64,000 nt of DNA from Escherichia phage vB_Eco_F27: the sequence record OP870146.1. One strand, written 5' to 3'. The notes below the pieces were generated by a model, which worked only from the letters and a program-made list of their open reading frames with translations, was not told the origin of the DNA and did no database searches. This document shows, piece by piece, positions 10,846 through 21,364 of the stretch (position 1 is its first letter; the number at the start of each line of letters is the position of its first letter). The position numbers and the translations under genes were made by a program.

Positions 10846-11174
10846 TTTACCGCCTTAACAATTTTCAAGTCAGCGAATTTTTTCTTACGTTGATTTTTCA
10901 TACGACGGATAGTCTTTTCAGAGATTTCATGTTTCTGATAAGCTTTAGATTCAACACCAAATGCAGCAACGTCAAATTCAGAAAGAATATATTGTACTAG
11001 AATTTCGCGAATAGAATTACGTCCAATTTTCTGGTCGTGTTTTTGCATGATTTCATAAAGACGGAATTCCCACGCATCAAGAACTTGAGGAGTAACAATA
11101 TTGCCGGATTCCAGAAGAGCAACAACTTTATCGAAAGCGAAAGAATTAACTACGTTTTTGATTTTAGTAGACAT
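10842..11174 (-). CDS. hypothetical protein
   Basis: Start set to the ATG at 11174 (MSTKIKNVV...) preceded by GAGGAAAA. Confidence 0.45.
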   Translation of the reverse strand: MSTKIKNVVNSFAFDKVVALLESGNIVTPQVLDAWEFRLYEIMQKHDQKIGRNSIREILVQYILSEFDVAAFGVESKAYQKHEISEKTIRRMKNQRKKKFADLKIVKAVK

Positions 11175-11243
11175 ATTATTTTCCTCGGTTATTTTATTAT
11201 CCAATGAGAGCATTATACTCTGCTCTCAAGAGTTTGTAAATCG

Positions 11244-11444
11244 TTATCCGAACTTTTTAGCGCCTTTCCAGCCTTCGTACATAACTGCGCAAGTCAATAG
11301 CACAGCGTGTTGGCATTCTTTGTATTTGTAAATCCAGAACCAGCGTAAGAAGTCTTCATCCTCAACGCCGTTGAGTTTCATATTGGCAAAGAATTCAGCT
11401 CGTTCTTCGCGAAGTTTTTGAGATAACATAGATTCAGGATTCAT
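11244..11444 (-). CDS. hypothetical protein
   Basis: 66 aa ORF. Confidence 0.4.
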   Translation of the reverse strand: MNPESMLSQKLREERAEFFANMKLNGVEDEDFLRWFWIYKYKECQHAVLLTCAVMYEGWKGAKKFG

Positions 11445-11668
11445 TTTATATTCCAGGCCCCATTTTCATCGATGAACTTAATCCAGTCATTTACAGACCA
11501 TTTAGTTGTATCACCCTTTGGATTAACATTTAAAGTATATAATCCCTGCTTAAAAAGCATTCGTTTGATATTCATAATTTCCTCAACTGTAACGATAACA
11601 TTCGTTAGCTTTACGTTTGGCTTCAGTATGAGAAGTATTATAATCATACTCTTCTTTACTGTAAACAT
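11441..11668 (-). CDS. hypothetical protein (start uncertain)
   Basis: 75 aa ORF overlapping the stop-proximal end of 11583..11876; true start may be an internal Met. Confidence 0.3.
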   Translation of the reverse strand: MFTVKKSMIIILLILKPNVKLTNVIVTVEEIMNIKRMLFKQGLYTLNVNPKGDTTKWSVNDWIKFIDENGAWNIK

Positions 11669-11876
11669 CTTTTTTCAACTTACGAACTTCTTTGCGGAGT
11701 TGTCGATTCATTTCATTCTTGACTTCAGAATCAACGCCTTTCATACGTTTCCATTTATCTGAGCGGAAAATGTTTTCAACCATGTCTTTGTGGCTAACAC
11801 CGTCAGGAGCTTTACGCTTACCAAAATAGTCGTAATCACGAACTTTCAAATCTTTACGACGATATGTTTTACCCAT
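11583..11876 (-). CDS. hypothetical basic protein
   Basis: ATG at 11876 (MGKTYRRKDLKV...) preceded by GAGGT; track start is a TTG further upstream. Confidence 0.45.
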   Translation of the reverse strand: MGKTYRRKDLKVRDYDYFGKRKAPDGVSHKDMVENIFRSDKWKRMKGVDSEVKNEMNRQLRKEVRKLKKDVYSKEEYDYNTSHTEAKRKANECYRYS

Positions 11877-11883
11877 AAGTACC

Positions 11884-12132
11884 TCAAAGGTTGATTGATA
11901 CAATGCGTTTGATAAAATTCACTTCACTTACTGAAAGGTCTTTAAGACCGATTGATTCTAAACGCTGAGTAAGCGTCAACATCGGGATATAATCCCAATG
12001 AGTTTTATTTGCTTGATAAGTACGAACGCCATTAGCAATTTCAACATACAAATCGGAAATGGTAACGAATACCGGTCGCTCGTCATTAACTTTAAGGGTT
12101 AGAACAACTTTCTTTGAATCTAAACTAATCAT
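11884..12132 (-). CDS. hypothetical protein
   Basis: 82 aa ORF. Confidence 0.4.
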   Translation of the reverse strand: MISLDSKKVVLTLKVNDERPVFVTISDLYVEIANGVRTYQANKTHWDYIPMLTLTQRLESIGLKDLSVSEVNFIKRIVSINL

Positions 12133-12431
12133 GGCTTAATTTCCTTCGCAATTGAACAGAAGATACCACGGTCACAAAGCATTTCACCAATTTCTGGATA
12201 TTTGATTGAACGGTACCAAACATCCAGGCTTGAAACTCTGGTTATCTGTACGGCATTACCATTGACAGAATAGTACTGGTCAACCTTAATTTCTTTATCT
12301 TCAATTGTCATTTTATTTTCCTCTATAGTAGATGGTTTAATCTTAACACATCTATTGAGGATGTAAACTGTTTTATGAAAATATTTTTGATTTGAGAGGG
12401 GCACAAGGAGATAGTGAAGTGAAGATTCCAA
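12129..12431 (-). CDS. hypothetical protein
   Basis: 100 aa ORF. Confidence 0.4.
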   Translation of the reverse strand: MESSLHYLLVPLSNQKYFHKTVYILNRCVKIKPSTIEENKMTIEDKEIKVDQYYSVNGNAVQITRVSSLDVWYRSIKYPEIGEMLCDRGIFCSIAKEIKP

Positions 12432-12476
12432 TGGATTATATTAGAAATGAGATAAAGAAGACCAGGCGGCACCTGG

Positions 12477-12800
12477 TCAATCTTCTATGATATCAGAGTC
12501 ATATCCTAATGAAATCAAGGACTTTTTAAACTCTGCAATATTCTTTTGTTTCTTATCATTTAAAAATATGACAGGATAACGAATGTTAAGAGATGTGAAT
12601 CCTGCACGTTTAGCAAGAGATACGATTAAAGGACGGTCATATTCAATCTTACCATTATTAGTGAGGACTTTATAAAATGTATAAGGAGCATTGAGCTCCT
12701 TTAAAAGTTTTGTAACAGTATAACATCCTGGACAACGTCCTACTTCTTCAGGGATGCCATAGATTTCAATCTTGTTCTTTAAGTTCGAGTTTTGTTCCAC
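12477..12800 (-). CDS. nrdH: glutaredoxin-like protein (NrdH position), CPGC active site
   Basis: ...KIEIYGIPEEVGRCPGCYTV... redoxin CxxC motif; probable GTG start at 12800 after AAGGA; track start 12929 would overlap the upstream gene. Confidence 0.6.
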   Translation of the reverse strand: MEQNSNLKNKIEIYGIPEEVGRCPGCYTVTKLLKELNAPYTFYKVLTNNGKIEYDRPLIVSLAKRAGFTSLNIRYPVIFLNDKKQKNIAEFKKSLISLGYDSDIIED

Positions 12801-13083
12801 AAGAAATAATTCCTTGGTAAGCCCAATAAGGAGGATTAACAGGATCCTCGCCAGAGTTTTCTTCAGGAAAATAAACCTGGATAACGAAGCCGGATTCATC
12901 AAAGGTAAAATAAACCGTAGGCAGTTCACCTAACAAATCGGCACGAGCGTTGATTTCTTCGAGGTCTTGTTCACGTCCAGCCCAGAAGCTTGGGTTCAGA
13001 CTACATTCATAGAAATAATAGTCATTACCGAACATATCAAAACCATTCCAACTCTCTACTACATACCGCTCAAAACTAATCAT
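12766..13083 (-). CDS. hypothetical protein
   Basis: 105 aa ORF. Confidence 0.4.
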   Translation of the reverse strand: MISFERYVVESWNGFDMFGNDYYFYECSLNPSFWAGREQDLEEINARADLLGELPTVYFTFDESGFVIQVYFPEENSGEDPVNPPYWAYQGIISCGTKLELKEQD

Positions 13084-13085
13084 AA

Positions 13086-13301
13086 TTAAGCCTTTTTATC
13101 AAGAACAGAATTCAGTTTATTAGTAATTTTGTCCAAACGTTCATTGAATTCGCTGGAGGATAAACCCTTTTCTGGAGAAATTAAACTAATCACGAAAAAT
13201 ACGCCAGTAAAAGGAATAAGAAAAATAGCTCCAACTGCCATAAACAAAAAGAACGTTACAGTTGTAAGAAAATCAGCTAAACCTTTACGAAATTTGTACA
13301 T
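13086..13301 (-). CDS. hypothetical small membrane protein
   Basis: 71 aa, hydrophobic central segment. Confidence 0.4.
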   Translation of the reverse strand: MYKFRKGLADFLTTVTFFLFMAVGAIFLIPFTGVFFVISLISPEKGLSSSEFNERLDKITNKLNSVLDKKA

Positions 13302-13411
13302 ATTTACCCTTAATTAACTAAGCATTGATAATCATTAAACTATATTGCGAATAAAATTCTGGACCAAAACGAAAAATCATATCATTTATAGTATCCATAA
13401 TGTAATTCAAT

Positions 13412-13882
13412 TTAATCATGTTTCCACACCCCATCGGTATTTGACCAAAGTCGCTGATTATCTGATCCTCGCCACAGCTTTTTAGTCGGAAGATTTTTCT
13501 CATACTTCCCATCAATAATAACATCAACATATTTAAGCATTTCTAGTTGTTTAATATCTTCAAACTTATATCCTGTCCACAACCAAATGCTTTTATTGGG
13601 ATAAAGATTTTTTACTGTTTGAACAATGCAATGAATAACATCTCGGTTATCAGGATAGAGAGGGTCACCTCCGGTTATAGTTAATCCTTCTATATAATCA
13701 TTATTCAAACATTCAATTAATTGTTCTAGTGTTTCACCAGTGAATGGAACACCATTTCTAGCATTCCATGTTGATTTATTATAACACCCTTCGCATTTAT
13801 GCAAACAACCCGTAACGAAAAGAACGACCCTGCATCCAGGGCCATTCACAAAATCGCAAGGATAAAATCTATCATAATTCAT
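13412..13882 (-). CDS. nrdG: anaerobic ribonucleotide reductase activating protein (radical SAM)
   Basis: 156 aa; CxxxCxxC-like cluster GCLHKCEGCYN; immediately downstream of nrdD. Confidence 0.9.
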   Translation of the reverse strand: MNYDRFYPCDFVNGPGCRVVLFVTGCLHKCEGCYNKSTWNARNGVPFTGETLEQLIECLNNDYIEGLTITGGDPLYPDNRDVIHCIVQTVKNLYPNKSIWLWTGYKFEDIKQLEMLKYVDVIIDGKYEKNLPTKKLWRGSDNQRLWSNTDGVWKHD

Positions 13883-15160
13883 TGGTGTTTAACCCTATGC
13901 ATGATTTCTTTATTTTTACCGAGATTAAATCCGCGTTCGTTCGGATTTCCCAAATAACCACATGTTCTTCTTATTGTGTTCATCTTTTTAGGATCAGTTT
14001 CTCCACAAATAGAACAAACAAATCCGTTTTCAGTAGGAGTCATTTCATGGGTACTTCCACATGTAAAACATTTATCTACTGGCATATTAACACCAAAATA
14101 ATCTAAATGTTGTGCAGCATAATCCCATACGGCCTCAAGGCCTTTCAAGTTATTTTTCATATCAGGAAGTTCAACATAAGAAATGTGACCACCTGTCGCA
14201 ATGAAATGATATGGCGCTTCACGAGAAATCTTTTCAAACGGAGTAATATTTTCTTCTACTGAAACATGGAAACTGTTAGTGTACCAACCTTTATCGGTAA
14301 CATCTTTTACGCTTCCATATTTTTCTGTATCAAGTTTACAGAAGCGGTAACAAAGGTTTTCAGCAGGAGTAGAATACAAACTAAAAGCAAATCCAGTTCT
14401 TTCGGACCACTGTTTAAGATGAGCATTCATTTTAGTTAAAATTTCTTGCCCAATATCACGACCGACAAGAATATTCAATTCGTGAATACCAATGTATCCT
14501 AAAGACACTGAACTTCTACCGTTTTTAAATAACTCAATTATGTCGTCATCAGGTTTAAGACGAACCCCGAATGCACCTTCTTGGTAAAGAATAGGAGCAA
14601 CAGTCGCTTTAACACCCTTTAAAGAACTAATTCTACACATCAAGGCTTCAAAACACAGATCCATTCGTTCATTAAACAATTCGATAAATTTCTGTTCATT
14701 GAACTGTGTTCCAATATAAGAATCTAATGCGATACGAGGAAGATTCAGTGTTACAACACCAAGATTATTACGTCCATCAAGAATTTCATTACCGGTTGAA
14801 TCTTTCCACACACTCAAAAAACTGCGGCAACCCATTGGAGAAACAGGAATAGATGAGCCGGTGATAGCTTTATTGTTCTTAGCTGAAATAATATCAGGAT
14901 ACATTCTTTTGCTTGCACATTCTAACGCAAGTTGTTTAATATCATAGTTCGGATCATCTTTATAAAGATTAACACCTTCTTCAACAAACATAACAAGTTT
15001 AGGAAAAATAGGAGTTATTCCATCACGACCAAGGCCTTTAATGCGGTTTTTAAGAATTGCCTTCTGAATCATTCGTTCAGTCCAGTCAGTTCCCGTACCA
15101 AATGTAATTGTTACAAAAGGCGTTTGACCGTTTGAACTGAAAAGTGTATTTACTTCATCA
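13879..15160 (-). CDS. nrdD: anaerobic ribonucleoside-triphosphate reductase NrdD, exon 2 (5' boundary approximate)
   Basis: Class III RNR C-terminal region with Cys-rich C-terminus. 3' splice site placed by length inference about 25 nt below the I-TevII stop; not determined exactly. Confidence 0.75.
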
Positions 15161-16197
15161 TTATATTCAGCATGAGTCGCAAATTCATGCCCGTTTATAT
15201 GAAACAACAAAATTTGGATAGTCCATAGATATGCAACGTTCTTTTATAGTGCTAGGATGAAAATTTAGCGCTTTAGCTGCTTCTATATAAGACGTATACT
15301 TAATACCGTCAACAACCACATATTCAGGAACTTTATGAATAGTAGTCTTAATACTCAAAACAAGAGGATGAGTTTCGACTTCACTTTCAGTGCAATTTAA
15401 ATATTCCGCTGCTTTTTTAAAACTTCTAAAAGTTTTATTTTTAAGCTTTATCGATACTTGTTTTTTACTTTTTCGACTATTGATATTATTTTGCACATGT
15501 TCCTTAGATCTTCCGTTTTTAGCATAATATTCAGCTACAGAAGATTTTATATTGTTTTTATGAGATTCGGATAACACTTTACCCTTATGAGCATCTCTTA
15601 ATTTTTGAATATGTTCTTCAGTATCCGGATGCTTATAAAACTTTTTACCGCCTATGGATTTATTTAAACATTTTTTGCTATAAAAATATTTACGTATGAC
15701 CTCTTCTTCATGTTTTAATGCATCTTTATAACTATCAAATGTTTTTAAAATTATCCATTTAGTAGGTGTATCAGTTTTTAAGCGTTCATTTATATACTTA
15801 GATGACGTTGTGTAAGTTTTCCAGTTTGTGGGCTTGTTTTTAATTGTTCTAAATTTTTTATAACCGATATAAATGTCGCCATTAGAAAACTTAACTAAGT
15901 ATGTAAATGCGTCTTTATCTTTTATTTTAGTACAACGTCTTTTATCCATTTCATTGTTTCACCTCGTATTCATAAGATAATCTTATTTATACAAGATGAC
16001 TGCTGCATGTCGCCATGCAGATTAGACTATATCTTCATCTTTCGATGCCGGTCGTTTCGAATAGCATTAGCTTCTATTCTACACCGCTACATTCATCACG
16101 GTTAGTCGTTAGGCATTTAGTTCAAAAGAACATTTAGCACGGGATTGTCTACTAGAGAGGTTCCCCGTTTAGACCGGTTTTACATGAGCCTGAATTA
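15161..16197 (-). mobile_element. group I self-splicing intron in nrdD (boundaries approximate)
   Basis: Exon 1 frame hits a stop at 16195-16197, followed by AAACGGGGAACCTCTCTAGTAGACAATCCCGTGCTAAAT, a sequence I recall from T4 group I introns, then an embedded endonuclease ORF. Confidence 0.8.
15185..15949 (-). CDS. intron-encoded homing endonuclease I-TevII (GIY-YIG type)
   Basis: 254 aa; ...FTYLVKFSNGDIYIGYKKF... and basic C-terminal DNA-binding region; lies inside the nrdD intron as in T4. Confidence 0.85.
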   Translation of the reverse strand: MDKRRCTKIKDKDAFTYLVKFSNGDIYIGYKKFRTIKNKPTNWKTYTTSSKYINERLKTDTPTKWIILKTFDSYKDALKHEEEVIRKYFYSKKCLNKSIGGKKFYKHPDTEEHIQKLRDAHKGKVLSESHKNNIKSSVAEYYAKNGRSKEHVQNNINSRKSKKQVSIKLKNKTFRSFKKAAEYLNCTESEVETHPLVLSIKTTIHKVPEYVVVDGIKYTSYIEAAKALNFHPSTIKERCISMDYPNFVVSYKRA

Positions 16198-16740
16198 AAT
16201 TAACTCATACGCCTGGAACGCGTCATAGACATCTTTTTCTGTTTTAGATTGAGCATAATTCAACGCATCAGCGATTTGCCATTTTTCTGCATCTTCAACA
16301 TGTTTAGCGTATGTGCGTTTAACATAAGGAGAAAGTACTTTATCGACATTCGCAAATGTAGTTCCGCCATACTGGTGTGAAGCAACTTGTGCAGTAATTT
16401 GTGCCATAATTGCAGTAGCAACGCCAATAGATTTAGGCGTTTCAATTTGAGCATTGCCTAATTTAAATCCATTCTCAAGCATCCCCTTTAAATCGACCAA
16501 ACAGCAATTAGTAAACGGAAGAGCAGGAGAATAATCAATATCATGCATGTGAATGATTCCGCTTTCATGCGCATTCATAATAAAAGACGGGACCATATTT
16601 TTGGCAATGTGCTTAGACACAATACCAGCCATAAGGTCCCGTTGAGTTGGAAAAACACGAGAATCTTTATTAGCATTCTCGTTCAAAAGATCTTTATTAG
16701 TTTTATGAATTAATCCTTCAATTTCTTTTTCAATTTTCAT
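16198..16740 (-). CDS. nrdD: NrdD exon 1
   Basis: 181 codons MKIEKEIEGLIHKTNKDLLNENANKDSRVFPTQRDLMAGIVSKH... ending at the intron. Confidence 0.8.
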
Positions 16741-17210
16741 TTTAAACTCTTTCTAAGCTGCTTTTTGAATGAAGCTATTAATTGTGTTTTAGTATCAGAT
16801 TCATTATATTCAAATCCTCTTTGAAGCATCTCGGCCATCATTTCCTCTTTACCTAGTCTTGAGAACTCTTTAGTTTTGTCTGGAACAAAATTAGGATGGA
16901 TATTATTAGCAGAATAATCTTGTTTCAAATAAGCAAGAAGAGCTTCAAGCCATTCGAGGTAGTCGACATCACGACCTTTAAGACCAGAACGGTTGAACTT
17001 ATGCTTCATTTGTCCTTCTGCTGCGTTGCACAGAGAACAGAGTAATCCACGAACTCTACCGGCTTTTGGCCCGTTTAATTCATGGTCGTGGTCAAGATGG
17101 TTACCTTGAACATCAGGGTCTAATTCACGGTGGCAAATAGGACACTTACCGTTCTGTGCATCATAAAATTTTTGTTTTTCTTCTTTATATTTTGCGCCTG
17201 ATAATAACAT
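16737..17210 (-). CDS. 49: endonuclease VII (Holliday junction resolvase)
   Basis: 157 aa; CPICHRELD...HLDHDHELNGPKAGRVRGLLCSLCN zinc/HNH-like core. Confidence 0.9.
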   Translation of the reverse strand: MLLSGAKYKEEKQKFYDAQNGKCPICHRELDPDVQGNHLDHDHELNGPKAGRVRGLLCSLCNAAEGQMKHKFNRSGLKGRDVDYLEWLEALLAYLKQDYSANNIHPNFVPDKTKEFSRLGKEEMMAEMLQRGFEYNESDTKTQLIASFKKQLRKSLK

Positions 17211-17245
17211 GATAAACCCTTACCTTAAATAGATAAGGGTATTTA

Positions 17246-17671
17246 TTAACTTAAACGTCTTTCTAAATATTCAATGTATTCTGCGGCTGCTTGCATCAGG
17301 TTACCTTCATAGCCGTCGTTATTTTCTTGTCCGGCTAATTTAGCTAATGCATAAGAAATTCGTTCACCTTCGAATTCACCAAGTTTACTACCTAGCACAT
17401 CCGCAATATCAGCCGAATCAATTTCTTCGAGTTCATCTATTGAATGTGATTCCCAGAAGCACCAAAGAGAAGTATCACGGTCATAGATGCAAAGTTTCTC
17501 ACCAGTGTTCAACATCACTTCAATAATGCCATGGTCGCCATAACCATCTTCGGTAGTAGTACCAATTACCTTGATGATTGTATCTTTCTTTAATTCAGGA
17601 AACTTGACTTGTAGTTCTTCATCTTCTTTAACAATCTTGAACCATTTACCGCGAGTTTCAGAAATATTCAT
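17246..17671 (-). CDS. hypothetical acidic protein (T4 pin/49.x interval)
   Basis: 141 aa ORF; identity with pin not verifiable here. Confidence 0.45.
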   Translation of the reverse strand: MNISETRGKWFKIVKEDEELQVKFPELKKDTIIKVIGTTTEDGYGDHGIIEVMLNTGEKLCIYDRDTSLWCFWESHSIDELEEIDSADIADVLGSKLGEFEGERISYALAKLAGQENNDGYEGNLMQAAAEYIEYLERRLS

Positions 17672-17672
17672 A

Positions 17673-17870
17673 TCAATATTCTCTATAAAAGTTATGATGA
17701 GAACGTTTAGCTTTGCGAAGCTGACGTTTAGTAGGACGAACTGTAAATGGTTGTCCGGAGAAAAAATTTGGTTCAGTTTTAATCAACACATACCAATCGT
17801 GTTCGCCACTTTTTAATAAACGGTATAACAATTTAACTTGCATAATAATCTCTTCCCATTTCCAAATCAA
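17673..17870 (-). CDS. hypothetical protein
   Basis: 65 aa ORF. Confidence 0.35.
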   Translation of the reverse strand: MIWKWEEIIMQVKLLYRLLKSGEHDWYVLIKTEPNFFSGQPFTVRPTKRQLRKAKRSHHNFYREY

Positions 17871-17971
17871 TTATATCGTTTACTGTAGGTTCATTATAAC
17901 ACGTTTCTTCGTCGTTGTAAACTGTTTCGACGTCTGGCTCGACAGTTTCCCATCGAGCCGAATACCATGGT

Positions 17972-18328
17972 TTAGCCCCGGAGTTTATTGAGCTCTTCAT
18001 AATCAATCCAGGATTCTAGCCCTGACGGCAGGTCACATTCAATGTTCCACAGAAGCTCTTCAATGGCTTGCAGGCGATTATATTCTTCAACGGTAATGGT
18101 AACCATTGGTGCAACCGGTTCTGCCTTTTTAACCATCATATCGTTCATCAGGACGTAAAGGTCATCACGAACGTCAGTGTCGTTCCAACCCCATGATTTG
18201 GCTTCGTAAGCTAATGATGAAGTGAGCACATTTAAAACTTCAATAATAGTTGGAGCATCAGGACCAAGTTCATTGGCACAAACTTCGTATACATCTTGGA
18301 AATCTTTAAGATTTAATGAATATGTCAT
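17972..18328 (-). CDS. hypothetical protein
   Basis: 118 aa ORF. Confidence 0.45.
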   Translation of the reverse strand: MTYSLNLKDFQDVYEVCANELGPDAPTIIEVLNVLTSSLAYEAKSWGWNDTDVRDDLYVLMNDMMVKKAEPVAPMVTITVEEYNRLQAIEELLWNIECDLPSGLESWIDYEELNKLRG

Positions 18329-18588
18329 TTAAAATATTCTCGTAGTTGGTCAAAGCCACCGATCGAAGTTCCATCAGGAGCAAACACCTGAGGCATCGTC
18401 AATCCAACATGTGTTTCACGTCCAAGCTTAGCCAGAAGCTCAGCAATTTTTTCTTCATCGAATACACCTTTTTCTGGCATAACATTAATGAATTCGAACG
18501 GCTGTTTCTTAACAGTCAGCAATCGTTTCGCATTATCACAATAAATGCATTTATGAATAGTAGAGTCATACCCGTACACTTTAAACAT
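18325..18588 (-). CDS. nrdC: thioredoxin/glutaredoxin NrdC
   Basis: MFKVYGYDSTIHKCIYCDNAKRLLTVKKQPFEFINVMPEKGVF...; start set to the ATG at 18588. Confidence 0.9.
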   Translation of the reverse strand: MFKVYGYDSTIHKCIYCDNAKRLLTVKKQPFEFINVMPEKGVFDEEKIAELLAKLGRETHVGLTMPQVFAPDGTSIGGFDQLREYFK

Positions 18589-18994
18589 TATTTTTCCTTT
18601 CATCGATTAAATATGCAATGCCAAATACAATACATGTAATAAAACCTGTGATACAGATAGAGACCAACAACACTGTACCAAAGAACCAAATCAAGTTATC
18701 TTTAGTAGTTTGTTTGATATCCATCTCACGAATTTCTATAGCTATCGTATCACCTTTATTCAGAAGCGTATAAAATGATGGAGATACACGCCTGTCAAAA
18801 ACTCGTCCTTGCTCATCTTTATAGACTGCAATAAATTCTAATTTAGAATATTTTCCTGTAGATTGGCCTGAGATTAATTCCACTACCTCCACAGGAATTA
18901 CTTTAGTTTCCATGTAAGTATTCTGACTGTTCCAAATGAATGGAATAATGGCAAAAACTAAAGCTGCGATAAAACAACGAAGACTATATCTCAT
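18581..18994 (-). CDS. hypothetical membrane protein (nrdC.1 position)
   Basis: 137 aa with N- and C-terminal hydrophobic segments. Confidence 0.5.
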   Translation of the reverse strand: MRYSLRCFIAALVFAIIPFIWNSQNTYMETKVIPVEVVELISGQSTGKYSKLEFIAVYKDEQGRVFDRRVSPSFYTLLNKGDTIAIEIREMDIKQTTKDNLIWFFGTVLLVSICITGFITCIVFGIAYLIDERKNNV

Positions 18995-19299
18995 TATAAT
19001 GTTCTCTCAAATTTGTGGAAGCATTTACGGCATTTCAATTTCAAGTTATCAGTGGTCCAGTTAACCAGTTGGACTTGGATAGTTCCACATTCTGGGCATG
19101 GATGTTTTGCTGCCGATTTGGCAGCATTTTCACGTCGTTCAACCATTTTCATTATTTCGTTCCATGCCGGAGGAACGAACTCTTCTTCACCGTGGATTTT
19201 ATCTCGCTGAACAAATTCAATCTTTGAACTATCGCCAATAAACTTAACCAAGCGGTGATTAGTGTTCATATCAATATCCTCTAAAAGACGTAGTTTCAT
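18994..19299 (-). CDS. hypothetical protein with CxxC...CxxC zinc-ribbon-like motif
   Basis: 101 aa; CPECG...CRKC. Confidence 0.5.
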   Translation of the reverse strand: MKLRLLEDIDMNTNHRLVKFIGDSSKIEFVQRDKIHGEEEFVPPAWNEIMKMVERRENAAKSAAKHPCPECGTIQVQLVNWTTDNLKLKCRKCFHKFERTL

Positions 19300-20249
19300 T
19301 ATAATACCTCAATGGCATTTCGTAAACCATCCGCTTTTGCATTCAGAGCTTTTAATGATTTAGTTTGTTCTGCAATTTGGGCTTCGACTTCTTTCAGACG
19401 AGATTTGAGATATTCGCGTTCTTCAGCCATGATATCGACCTTTTCTGCTTTAGGTTCTTTAATAAGCTTAGGTTTATACGTATTAGGGTTCTTCAGCTTA
19501 ATTCGGGTACGAGAACTGAATAACATTGAACCGTTATCTTCGGTTTCGTCGAACATTTCAACAACATCCATAGTCTCTAACAATGTAATAAGTTTATAAG
19601 ACAACGAACGAATAGTTTTGTTGTGCTTATTAATTTCTTCGGCTTTCATGGTACCGAGATTACGTGAGTAATAATAAGGAACCTGGATATCAATTGATAA
19701 TGATGCGTTACCATTACCGGTTGGTTTGAATACTGCAGTAACCCAATCTTTAACATGAACTTTATTTGTACGACCATCACCGCCTGTGAATAATTTACGA
19801 GAATGTTTAAAAAGCATATTCACTTGTTTATTGAATTCACAAGCAAATTTATCAGCAAATTTAGTTTCAGGAATGGTAGTTAACCAATCAGCCAAATGAG
19901 TCTTTTTAACATCGTTAATAATAGTGAATTCAACCAAATCGGTTTTAGACGTCACAGATTTAATAAAACTCGGCTTCATAAAGTTTTTAATGTTATCGCG
20001 AGCTACAGTAGAAGATAATAAACGAGAACGTTTGAACCATTGAAGCAACGTCCCTAACGAATGAGAATACGCATTTTGAGTATCTTTACAGATATGATTT
20101 TCTTGGCCTATGTATGTACCAAAATCGCGAAGAATACCACTTACCACATCTCGGTGTGGAACATCAAATCCTAGTGCACCAGAAGCGCGCTGAGCATGAA
20201 CGTTAGCGATAAGACCTGCAAAATAATCAATGTAATGTGAACGTGTCAT
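19299..20249 (-). CDS. hypothetical protein with C-terminal coiled coil
   Basis: 316 aa ORF. Confidence 0.6.
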   Translation of the reverse strand: MTRSHYIDYFAGLIANVHAQRASGALGFDVPHRDVVSGILRDFGTYIGQENHICKDTQNAYSHSLGTLLQWFKRSRLLSSTVARDNIKNFMKPSFIKSVTSKTDLVEFTIINDVKKTHLADWLTTIPETKFADKFACEFNKQVNMLFKHSRKLFTGGDGRTNKVHVKDWVTAVFKPTGNGNASLSIDIQVPYYYSRNLGTMKAEEINKHNKTIRSLSYKLITLLETMDVVEMFDETEDNGSMLFSSRTRIKLKNPNTYKPKLIKEPKAEKVDIMAEEREYLKSRLKEVEAQIAEQTKSLKALNAKADGLRNAIEVL

Positions 20250-20306
20250 AATATTTTCCTCTCGTTAAGATAGAAAGATTATACTCCAACCATCCTTGGT
20301 TGTACA

Positions 20307-21302
20307 TCATTCCTTAAGAAGTTTTACTACTTGAATAAGATTAGCTCGTTCTGTTTTATTTTTACCGTTTAAGCCTGCTAATCGTGAGATTTCATCGTCA
20401 GTCTGTTGAATAGTTACATTAAGTTCGTTAATCAAAGCTTCAAAGTATTTGATTTGCTCAGCATGTTTTGATTCAAATTTCTGAACCGGAATAACGTCTT
20501 GATTCAGTTCATCAATAAGGTCTTTAAGAGCATCTTCTTGGTTGATATCATATTCAACTTCTTTTATTTCTTCAACGAGCTCGTCTTTATATCTAACGTC
20601 TTTTAGTCCTGGAGCTGGTCCTAAAATCTCTTCTTTAAGAGTACAAACATATCCAATACGATATCCAGTGCCGTCTCGCTTGATATCAACTTCGTCGATA
20701 AATCCACAATGTTTAAGACCAGAGCCGATTAGGTTAAAATATCCTTGACGTCGTCCTTCAAACGTTACGCGAACTACTAAGACAGTTTTACCTGCAACCT
20801 TTTGAAGCTCACATTTATAAAAGTCAGTTGAACCTGAATAACGTGGATGAGTTTTAAAGTTCATCTGACGATCTAGGCCCATTTGTAAACGTGCTGATAC
20901 GGCCAGAAAACGTGTTTGGTTCTCGTTAAGATGAGCAACAATCTGTTTCAAAGGCATTTTACCATGTTCACGACCGAACAAATCAGTACGTCCTAAATTA
21001 CGCAGGATATTGTTAGAGTTAATCATCGACAGAACGTTAAGTTTATTCAGCGCGCTGAAGATTCCATCAGCCATTGATTTTCCATAACCTTTACACGCTT
21101 TAATAAGTGCTCGCGGCAGATTAGTATAGATTTCAGACGGCATATGAAAATCAAATTTACTAACCAGTAATTGATGAACTTGGATAGAAATTTGTTCATA
21201 ATTAAGTGCTCTGCGATCATTATGGTCTTTAAACCACACTTTAATCTGTGAAGCACATAAACCATTAATTTCATGTTTTACCGCATCAGATGTAATGCTC
21301 AT
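20307..21302 (-). CDS. hypothetical protein with C-terminal coiled coil
   Basis: 331 aa ORF. Confidence 0.6.
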   Translation of the reverse strand: MSITSDAVKHEINGLCASQIKVWFKDHNDRRALNYEQISIQVHQLLVSKFDFHMPSEIYTNLPRALIKACKGYGKSMADGIFSALNKLNVLSMINSNNILRNLGRTDLFGREHGKMPLKQIVAHLNENQTRFLAVSARLQMGLDRQMNFKTHPRYSGSTDFYKCELQKVAGKTVLVVRVTFEGRRQGYFNLIGSGLKHCGFIDEVDIKRDGTGYRIGYVCTLKEEILGPAPGLKDVRYKDELVEEIKEVEYDINQEDALKDLIDELNQDVIPVQKFESKHAEQIKYFEALINELNVTIQQTDDEISRLAGLNGKNKTERANLIQVVKLLKE

Positions 21303-21364
21303 AACTATTTCCTCAGATTGAATTGGAACTCAAAACCATTATAACCCGTCCTTGGGTAAAGCGT

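Noticed and set aside
16260-16454. 64-aa minus-strand ORF inside nrdD exon 1 (other frame)
   Set aside because: Fully overlapped by the conserved nrdD reading frame.
17246-17671. Assignment as pin (Lon protease inhibitor)
   Set aside because: Only positional; I cannot recall the T4 Pin sequence well enough to confirm, so it is left hypothetical.
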